Shown: positions 9,395-18,208 of the stretch, piece after piece | How the letters are laid out: each line of letters starts with the position of its first letter | Position numbering within the stretch: position 1 is the stretch's first letter | Assembly (NCBI RefSeq): GCF_006345805.1 | Contig: NW_021824485.1 | Span: 1 to 18,208, forward strand | DNA from: Octopus sinensis | Taxonomy: Eukaryota | Length of the DNA: 18,208 nucleotides | Direction: 5' to 3' | Translations under genes and position numbers: made by a program | The notes under the pieces: generated by a model | What the model was told of the DNA's origin: nothing | What the model saw: only the letters and a program-made list of their open reading frames with translations | The model's database searches: none

Positions 9395-11140
9395 ATATGC
9401 ATGTATGTTCATATGTATTTGTATGCATGTGTGTGCATGCATGTACGTAGTCTACGCATGTATGTATGTATGTATGTATGTATGTATGTATGTACGTATG
9501 TATGTATGTATGTACGTATGTATGTATGTATGTACGTATGTATGTATGTATGTATGTATGTATGTGTGTATGTATGTGTGTATGTGTGTATGCATGTGTG
9601 TATGTATGTATGTACGTATGTATGTATGTATGTATGTATGTACGTATGTATGTATGTACGTATGTATGTATGTATGTACGTATGTATGTATGTATGTATG
9701 TATGTATGTATGTATGATGTATGTATGTATGTATGTATGTATGTATATATGTATGTACGTATGTATGATGTATGTATGTATGTATGTATGTATGTATGTA
9801 CGTATGTATGTATGTATGTATGTATGTACGTATGTATGATGTATGTATGTATGTATGTATGTATGTATGTATGTATGTATGTATGTATGTATGTACGTAT
9901 GTATGTATGTATGTACGTATGTATGTATGTATGTACGTACGTATGTATGTATGTATATATGTATGTATTATGATGTATGATGTATGTAGGTATGTATGGT
10001 ATGTATGTATGTATGTATGTATGTATGATGTATGTATTATGTATGTATGTATGTACGTATGTAGTATGTATGTATGTACGTATGTATGTATGTATGTACG
10101 TATGTATTATGTATGTATGTATGTATGTATGTACGTATGTATGTATGTATGTACGTATGTATGTATGTATGTATGTATGTATGTATGTATGTATGTATGA
10201 TGTATGTATGTATGTATGTATGTATATATGTATGTACGTATGTATGATGTATGTATGTATGTATGTACGTATGTATGATGTATGTATGTATGTATGTATG
10301 TATGTATGTATGTATGTATGTATGTATGTATCTATGTACGTATGTATGTATGTATGTATGTACGTATGTATGTATGTATGTACGTACGTATGTATGTATG
10401 TATATATGTATGTATATATGTATGTATGATGTATGTATGTATGTATGTATGTATGTATGTATGTATGTATATATGTATGTATGTATGTATGTATGTACGT
10501 ATGTAGTATGTATGTATGTATGTATGTATGATGTAGTATGTATGATGTACGTATGTATGTATGTGTACGTATGTATGTATGTATGTATGTATGTATGTAT
10601 GTATGTATGTATGTATGTACGTATGTATGATGTATGTACGTATGTATGTATGTATGTATGATGTATGTATGTATGATGTATGATGTATGTATGTATGTAT
10701 GTATTGTATGTATGTATATATGTATGTATGATGATGTATGTATGTATGTATGTATGTACGTATGTATGTATGTATGTACGTATGTATGTATGTATGTATG
10801 TATGTACGTATGTATGTATGTATGTATGTATGTATGTATTATGTATGTATGTATGTATGTATGTATGTATGTACGTATGTATGTATGTATGTACGTATGT
10901 ATGTATGTATGTATGTATGTATGTATGTATGATGTATGTATGTATGTATCTATGTATATATGTATGTACGTATGTATGATGTATGTATGTATGTATGTAC
11001 GTATGTATGTATGTATGTATGTATGTATGTATGTATGTATGTATGTATGTATTATGTATGTATGCATGTATGTAGTCTACGCATGTATGTATGTATGTAT
11101 GTACGTACGTATGTATGTATGTATGTATGTACGTATATAT
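9395..11140. repeat. ~1.75 kb (TATG)n array with TACG, TATA, TCTA and 3-nt (ATG) variants
   Basis: Seen directly. It is the source of the 552-aa HTYI ORF and all overlapping MYVC ORFs. Confidence 0.97.
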
Positions 11141-11324
11141 GCATATACGTAAGTATGTATGTGAATGTGCATGTACAGGCTGTGACGTAGGTGTACTCAG
11201 GCTGGTGTCCGGAGGCGCAGTAAGGCCACTGGGAATGGATGACTCTGGTCTTCATCAAGGCAATCATCTAGGACAAGGCTACTGAAACTGGCACTTCGTC
11301 GGTTGCGACGATCAACGGTTCTGC

Positions 11325-11326
<2 letters not shown>
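11138..11326 (+). repeat. Segment Y copy
   Basis: Matches 7805-7993 with 2 substitutions. Confidence 0.95.
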
Positions 11327-11358
<32 letters not shown>

Positions 11359-11531
11359 ACATTCAGACATGTGTTTATATTCATACGCATATGGCTGGAT
11401 ATGTATACATCTATAAATGCTTATGTATAGTACATATACAAATATATATGCATGTATAAATATAAATTTGGTATGTATATACATGTATAATTAAATATAT
11501 ATATAGGTATACATATATATTCCTACACTAT
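11325..11531 (-). repeat. Segment Z copy (inverted)
   Basis: Reverse complement of 6609-6812. Confidence 0.9.
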
Positions 11532-11665
11532 GTATGTGTGTGTGTGTGTATGTGAGTATGCATGTATGTATTCTATGTATGAGCACTTTTATGTGCGTAC
11601 TCAAAAATGTTTCTTGTAAACGAACTTTAATATATATATATATATATATATATATTCATTTATAT

Positions 11666-12128
11666 GTCATTGCACTGCGGCCATGCTGGGGCATCGCCTT
11701 GAAGGATTTAGTTAAATAAATCGACCTCAGTACTTATTTTAAGTCTGATAATTATTCTATCGATATATTATGCCGCACCGCTAAGTTAAAGGACATAAAC
11801 AAACCAACGCAACTCGTCAAATGGTGGTGTGGAGCAGCGCAAACCCACGCACACATGCACACACACATCCGGGAGCCCCCCCCCCCCACACACACACACA
11901 TACACACACGGGCGCACACATCACATCCGGGTGCACACTTGCACGCATACACATATGCATTCGACGAATATTTTATTTATTTTTCTTCAACGAAATCCAC
12001 TCACAAAGCTTTGGTCGGGCTGCGGGTTTAGTGGAAGACACCTGCCCGAGGTGCCGCGCAACGGGACTGAACGCAAAACCACACGGTTGACAAGCAAGCT
12101 TCTAAACCACACACCTACACCTGCGTCT
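11666..12128 (-). mobile_element. Older, diverged SINE family A relative
   Basis: CTGCGGCCATGCTGGGGCATCGCCTT ... AAATCCACTCACAAAGCTTTGGTCGG ... GAAGACACCTGCCCGAGGTGCC ... GGGACTGAAC ... CCTGCGTCT is collinear with copies 2 and 3 but much more diverged. Confidence 0.85.
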
Positions 12129-12282
12129 GCACATACAATTTCATTTAAAACTCATCTTAAAAGTACATAAAACTACATTTGTATCCTGACACAACATTTG
12201 ATACCAGATTCGAAACAAGCTTGTTGCCATCAAACCTAATTCAACAAAGATTACGCCATACTTATATATATATCTTATATAT

Positions 12283-12644
12283 ATGTCTTAAAGCTGTATC
12301 ATGCGCGGGGACATAGAAATAATCGAATTGAATACCCGATCGCGCAGTTAAACCATTGGGAGTGAAGGACTCCTAGCCTTTGTCAGGGCATCCTTCTAGG
12401 AGAAGGCAACTCAGGTAACTGGGATAACTCCGACATAAAACCTGCGGCTCAGTGGTTACCGATGATGTTGACTTGTTCTTCTTTTCGGATTATGGCTGCT
12501 GTTGCTTAGTGAGTGGGATTGACTCAGTGCACAGCCTTTCCTCACTTTAAAAAAATCTTCTTGCACAGGCATTGCACGATAACAACATTGATTAAGCTTC
12601 GGGCAATGGCCATACTCAATAACGAGGGTCAGCCACCATGTATG
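12283..12644 (+). repeat. Segment X copy
   Basis: Matches 7445-7808 at about 97%. Confidence 0.95.
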
Positions 12645-12667
12645 TATATATAATTATATATATATAC

Positions 12668-12699
<32 letters not shown>

Positions 12700-12700
<1 letters not shown>

Positions 12701-13033
12701 TTTGATATTATATTAGGGGGGAAAATCAAACCAAGGCAAAACGAGTATCTTCAACTGATTTACAATAATTTAATCAGGGTAAGATGAATTTGAAGTCTTA
12801 CAGCTGTTTCTGGGATAAGCCAAGTGGTTGGTTAGTCAGCATGTCCGTGCACTGGGCATTCCGTCATCAGAGACAAGGAATGAATATTTTAGACGGGGAA
12901 AATTTACATTTTACAAGGAATATAATTCACTGTGTATAAGGAATAAAATGGAAGAATAAAGTAGCAAAATAGAATATCTTAGAAGAATATAGTCAGAAGA
13001 ATAATGTTCACAACTCATCTTTTTCCAGACGAT
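12700..13033 (-). mobile_element. Probable Penelope-like element remnant (pLTR/UTR region carrying a hammerhead)
   Basis: Inferred only from the minimal type I hammerhead with palindromic stem III, which is typical of PLEs. No RT or GIY-YIG ORF is seen; boundaries are approximate. Confidence 0.45.
12795..12874 (-). ncRNA. Type I hammerhead ribozyme motif
   Basis: Minus strand: GUCU-CUGAUGA-[stem II GGAAUGCCCAGUG...CACUUGGCUUAUCC]-GAAA-CAGCUG-UA/AGAC. The core is intact, stem I has 4 bp, stem III is palindromic, and the cleavage triplet is GUA (cut between + coordinates 12799 and 12798). Confidence 0.8.
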
Positions 13034-13041
13034 ATGGAGGT

Positions 13042-13730
13042 TGGTCGGTACTGCTGGAGAAGACCGACCAAGTAAAGGACCTGGGTATCTTGGTGTATTC
13101 TTCCTTTTCGCCTTCGGCCCAGTGCGTCCATGCTGCCAACAAAGCACGCGGAGTTCTGGTTTTGATTCGACGGTCATTCGGAATGCTCACAGCAGCCATA
13201 TTCCTACCGCTCTATGTCACGCTGGTGAGACCCATGTTGGAGTACGGGATTCAAGCCTCTTCTCCTTATCTCCTCAAAGACATACATCATCTCGAAAGAG
13301 TCCAGAAGCTGGCTACCCGCATGGTTCTTGGCCTCAAGCATTTGTCTTATGAAGAAAGGCTGAAGGCGCTCGACCTTTATTCTCTCGAAAAACGACGACG
13401 CCGTGGTGATCTCATTCTCGCTCACAACATCATAAGCGGAAAGTGTAACCTCTCGAAAGAGCTGTTCTTCATTCCTGCTCCAGAGCGTGGGCTGCGGGGT
13501 CACTTTATCTACGACGATTTCATCTCAATCGAAGGTTGCAGATCCGTGGAATAAGCTGCCTGACGAGATAGTGAAGATGCCGACGACCGCTCGGTTCAAA
13601 GTCTCTCTTGATCAGAAATGGCCTGAACTCTTTGTATGACCACCCTCGCTGTACATAACTCCTTGTCCCCCTATATGGCCTTGCTTTTGATTTTTGAGCC
13701 AATAAAAATTGAATTGAATTGAATTGAATT
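13042..13730 (+). mobile_element. 5'-truncated CR1-clade LINE
   Basis: ORF2 C-terminus, a short 3' UTR, AATAAA at 13701 and a (GAATT)n tandem-repeat tail at 13708-13730. Confidence 0.92.
13051..13639 (+). pseudogene. CR1 ORF2 (reverse transcriptase protein) C-terminal region, frameshifted
   Basis: LLEKTDQVKDLGILV...QCVHAANKARGVLVLIRRSF...LYVTLVRPMLEY...DIHHLERVQKLAT...LSYEERLKALDLYSLEKRRRRGDLI. Two frameshifts near 13505 and 13535 follow (YLRRFHLNRR; VADPWNKLPDEIVKMPTTARFKVSLDQKW), with TGA at 13637-13639. These are typical CR1 thumb/C-terminal motifs. Confidence 0.92.
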
Positions 13731-13864
13731 CCATAGAGGTACAGATTTTTGGTTAAAATCCGAGGTAAATCCAGGCCATTATTTGCAGTCTTCTGAATGA
13801 CGTACTCATTGTGAATATAGAGCAGGAAAATATAATGAACAGAAATGAGTTTTGTGAGTGGGTG

Positions 13865-14150
13865 TATGAGAGAGAGGGAGAGAGAAAGGGGGAAAGAGAG
13901 AAAGAGAAATAGGGGAAAGGATTAGAAAATAAGATAGTGGTAAAAGGGGAAAATAACAATAAAATAAAATATAAATAAGAAGAATAATAAGAAAAGAAAA
14001 TAAAATGTAATGACAGATATATCCTAAATGAGCTTTGTGAGTGAGCGTGTACGGGAGAGAGGAGAAAGAGGAAAGAATTAAATAAGATGGAGGTAACAGA
14101 TTAAGGATAAGATAAAAATAAAAAAATTAATAAAAGCAAAGTTAACGATA
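13865..14150. repeat. Purine-rich (GA/A) low-complexity tract
   Basis: Seen directly. Confidence 0.8.
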
Positions 14151-14151
14151 T

Positions 14152-14572
14152 AGGCGCAGGAGTGGCTGTGTGGAGGCGCAGGAGTGGCTGTGTGGTAAGT
14201 AGCTTGCTAACCAACCACATGGTTCCGGGTTCAATCCCACTGCGTGGCACCTTGGGCAAGTGTCTTCTGCTATAGCCCCGGGCTGACCAATGACTTGTGA
14301 GTGGATTTGGTAGACGGAAACTGAAAGAAGCCTGTCGTATATATGTATGTATATGTATGTGTTTGTGTGTCTGTGTTTGTACCCCAAGCATTGCTTGACA
14401 ACCGATGCTGGTTTGTTTACGTCCCCGTCACTTAGCGGTTCGGCAAAAGAGACCGATAGAATAAGTACTGGGCTTACAAAGAATAAGTCCCGGGGTCGAT
14501 TTGATCGACTAAAGGCGGTGCTCCAGCATGGCCGCAGTCAAATGACTGAAACATGTAAAAGAGTAAAAAGAG
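14152..14572 (+). mobile_element. tRNA-derived SINE family A, copy 4, with duplicated 22-bp head
   Basis: AGGCGCAGGAGTGGCTGTGTGG twice, B box GGTTCAATCCC, full body and GTAAAAGAG tail. Confidence 0.95.
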
Positions 14573-14894
14573 AGGGAGAGAGATTTAGATATGTCAGAAT
14601 TGTATGGGGGTTAGAGGTCAAACGTTAACGTTTCAGTAGAGAAGGGGTGGAATGCCGATGTAGGTAAGGTTATAAGAACAGTAGTTTAGTGCAGATATTT
14701 AAACTTGTATTTGAAGCTTCGTATCCATTCAGTGCTATGAGACAAAGATTCCAAGAATTACACCTAAAATTCAACATCGAAATTGAAAATTTATACTTAA
14801 ATCCAAAACATAACTTTACAAATTACAGAAACTAAAATCTAAAAAAACTATAAAAATTACGAACTATTGATCTGAAATCAGATTCTAACATATA

Positions 14895-15197
14895 TGTGAC
14901 CACGTGACCGACCAGTCCATCAGATGTAGTTACACATCGCTGGTCACAATGCGTTCGCATTGTTTTAGCCTTCGAATGACACCACCCCGCTGGCTAAGCG
15001 AGCAGGCCAACAGAAAAAAGAGTGGGAGAAAGAGTGGTGAAAGAGTACAGCAGGGATCACTACCCCCTGCCGGAGCCTCGTGGAGCTTTTAGGTGTTTCC
15101 GCTCAATAAACACTCACAACGCCCGGTCTGGGAATCGAAACCATGATCCTACGACTGCGAGTTCGCTGCCCTAACCACTGGGCCATTGCGCCTCCAC
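14895..15197 (-). mobile_element. tRNA-derived SINE family D, near full length
   Basis: Minus strand has A box TGGCCCAGTGG (15175-15185) and B box GGTTTCGATTCCC (15130-15142); the 3' end carries GGTCAC repeats. Its head resembles family B but its body differs. Confidence 0.88.
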
Positions 15198-15199
15198 AA

Positions 15200-15220
15200 C
15201 ATATATGTATGTGTATATAC

Positions 15221-15259
<39 letters not shown>

Positions 15260-15309
15260 TATATATTATATATATATATATATATATATTATATGATATA
15301 TATATATTT

Positions 15310-15343
<34 letters not shown>

Positions 15344-15370
15344 ATATATATAGTATATATATATATAATA

Positions 15371-15413
<43 letters not shown>

Positions 15414-15433
15414 ATATAATAGAATATATAATA

Positions 15434-15491
<58 letters not shown>

Positions 15492-15495
15492 TATA
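15200..15495. repeat. (TA)n-rich microsatellite
   Basis: Seen directly. Confidence 0.95.
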
Positions 15496-16146
15496 TCAGG
15501 GTGCGAGAGATATTTGAGGACATTTAATGTAGCATTTGTTTTTCAGATAACCCTACCCTTCCGAGATATCGTGCTTACTAAAGAAATGAAAAGCCATGCA
15601 GTCACAGTTCCGCTACATGCAAACCACAGTGATTTGGAAATTAGCAACATTTAAAAAATGTTGCAAGATCTTTTGTACACAAAGTTCTGTTGGAATTGGA
15701 GTCATGTGATGGTAATGTTTCACCTGTATCAAAGAGGAAAGACCTTCGCGGCGCCCAGACACTAAAAGGACACCGGAATTTATACATGTTCAAAACATTA
15801 TCGCTGGAAACGCCAGAAGATCAATGAGGTCCATTGCTAAAGAACTTTGGGTGTCAGAGTGGACTATCAGAACTGTGGTACATCGTGACATTTCATACAA
15901 GTCCAGTGTAATGAGGAAAGGCCAATTCATGTCTGCAAAGACGCAGGAAACCCGTCTCATCCGTTCAAAATGCTTACTTAACAAAGTGAAAACCCCTTAT
16001 GAACAAGGCATGCTTCGGCTTTTCTCTGAAGAAAAAAACTTTGACAAGGATGAAAAGACTGTCAGAAAAATGACAGTTGTTTATGTGCAGATCCTTCTGA
16101 AGTAACCAGAGTGATGTACACGAAATTTCCAACAACTGAATAATGA
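15496..16146 (+). mobile_element. Tc1/mariner DNA transposon, left ~650 bp (maT/DD37D-like), truncated
   Basis: Starts TCAGGGTG after a TA dinucleotide in the (TA)n tract, contains a transposase remnant, and ends at a (CATA)n array. No right TIR is seen. Confidence 0.85.
15586..16140 (+). pseudogene. Decayed Tc1/mariner transposase (N-terminal HTHs to just past the first catalytic Asp)
   Basis: MKSHAVTVPLHANHSDLEIS / NVARSFVHKVLLELES / KRTPEFI..RRSMRSIAKELWVSEWTIRTVVHRDI..LFSEEKNFDKDEK / NDSCLCADPSEVTRVMYTKFP, with at least 3 frameshifts. FSEEK replaces the usual FSDEK. The motifs resemble maT/DD37D transposases. Confidence 0.85.
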
Positions 16147-16176
16147 CATACATACATACATACATACATACATACA

Positions 16177-16205
<29 letters not shown>
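16146..16205. repeat. (CATA)n microsatellite
   Basis: Seen directly. Confidence 0.95.
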
Positions 16206-16207
<2 letters not shown>

Positions 16208-16615
16208 GTGTATATATATACCCAGCGAACACCCACCATGGGTCATCACAATTGCTTAAGGTAAAAATGAATTCCTCGCTCTTTCGGAAACATCAATCTT
16301 CTGTATTGACTGCTTTCCACCACTTTGTATTGAATACGTATCGCCACCGTGGGCCACTGCATCGAACACTTTGAACATATAGCATGAATGAACTTACTTC
16401 AAACTATATATCAACTATACATGAACTCTAAGATGTCTGACTCCGTTGTGTATTATAAATGAATTTCTTGTGTTTGACGGCATGAGCTGTCTTTTTTTAT
16501 ATATAACTTTTTTTGATAAGGTTCATTTCAGGAACTGAAACATGTTATAATGTATATATAAAAATTAAAAATTGTATAATATAGCAGCATTTTCGAACTT
16601 CACTTTTTACAAATA

Positions 16616-16655
<40 letters not shown>

Positions 16656-16734
16656 AAGTGGAGTTGTAGGGTACCGCACGAGTGGAAATATATATGAAAG
16701 AAGGTTTGAAATGCAATTTTAAAAGATGTTTATC

Positions 16735-16778
16735 TTACTTTACCGGTTTCACTCTTTGGAAAAAGATTGTCAAAGTAA
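16735..16778 (-). ncRNA. Degenerate minimal hammerhead-like motif (U3-A8 core variant)
   Basis: Minus strand: UUACU-UUGACAA-UCUUU(UUCC)AAAGA-GU-GAAA-CCGG-UA/AAGUAA. Stem III is the palindrome CCGG; stem I has 5 bp with a 1-nt bulge. Confidence 0.45.
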
Positions 16779-16829
16779 CATGTAGAAGTTTGGTTGCGTA
16801 ATTATTGGTTGTTACAAATTGCTACATTA

Positions 16830-17179
16830 CATATATATACAGTCTTTGGTAACAGGGACATGTTAAGGACATAAAAAAGTTCAACAAGTTCCTTAAAATA
16901 TTGGGCACAAAAGATTACTACATAAATAATCATTCTCAAGACATGCTTAAGATAGTTTTTCCAGAGGAATTGATAATGGTATTGGTATTGTATCTGTATA
17001 TTCAAACATGCATAGAATATTGGTTGACACAGAGTACTACAATCCATATAAATATACATTCTTTGGTGACAATAGCATGTTGAGAATATAAAAAAAGTTT
17101 AACAAGCTCATTGAAATAATGGGCACAAAAGATTACAACAAATATATTATACATTCTTAAGATAATTTTCCAGAAGGAA

Positions 17180-17182
<3 letters not shown>
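16830..17182 (+). repeat. Diverged tandem duplication, period ~217 bp
   Basis: TCTTTGGT at 16843/17060, TGGGCACAAAAGATTAC at 16902/17120, and TTAAGATA..TTTCCAGA.GGAA in both units. Confidence 0.85.
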
Positions 17183-17990
<808 letters not shown>

Positions 17991-18208
17991 CATCCACCAG
18001 TGTGCTGAAAGCATATACTTCGCACGGAAACAAGCAACTACTTCACGTATAAAGAGAATTTTAGAATACTAAAAGGAGAAAATATTATCTGTCCCTGAAG
18101 TATTGATACTTGAAAATATACTTTAAATCTATTTAATATTTATATTGATACTTGATGCTGGCAAATATACTTAAATCATATTTCCTACATAGCAGAAATA
18201 TAGATAAA

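Noticed and set aside
9409-11067. 552-aa ORF and the many overlapping MYVC/HTYI ORFs (also 1907-2500, 6095-6518, 15293-15517, 17147-17967)
   Set aside because: Translations of TATG, CA and TA microsatellites that lack stop codons by composition.
7445-12644. X repeats interpreted as LTRs of a 5.2-kb LTR element
   Set aside because: No TG...CA ends, PBS, PPT, TSD or gag/pol between them; the interior is SINEs and microsatellite.
12911-13870. Minus-strand frame that stays open across the CR1 insertion site once the CR1 is removed (...NNGLDLPRILTKNLYLHIVWKK...)
   Set aside because: No GIY-YIG or RT motifs could be recognised; AT-rich frames of this length occur by chance.
14530-14572. SINE 3' hairpin followed by GAAACATGTA (GAAACAAGTA in other copies), resembling half a hammerhead
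   Set aside because: No CUGANGA or UUGANAA core directly upstream and no stem I partner.
14620-14633. 14-bp perfect palindrome AAACGTTAACGTTT; similar short ones at 12214-12225 and ~861-878
   Set aside because: Short enough to be expected occasionally, with no supporting context.

Overview
Eukaryotic, AT-rich, almost entirely repetitive DNA with no recognisable host gene. The repeat families resemble those I recall from octopus (coleoid cephalopod) genomes; this is recognition, not a database result. Roughly 40% of the window by eye is microsatellite or low-complexity, including a ~1.75 kb (TATG)n array, and this explains nearly all long entries in the ORF track. The rest comprises several tRNA-derived SINE families, a head-to-tail triplet of a TTAA-flanked piggyBac-like MITE carrying nested SINE and Helentron-type (HINE) insertions, an RTE-like 5' region, a 5'-truncated CR1 LINE, and a decayed Tc1/mariner (maT/DD37D-like) transposase. 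The most notable observations are: a well-formed type I hammerhead ribozyme motif on the minus strand (12795-12874); a second hammerhead-like motif with the U3-A8 core variant (16735-16778); a possible HDV-like fold at the start of the RTE-like element; a mosaic of locally copied direct and inverted segments joined at microsatellite microhomologies (11138-12644); two same-subfamily SINEs inserted in opposite orientation at the same site of neighbouring MITE units; and a perfect 27-bp-arm palindrome.
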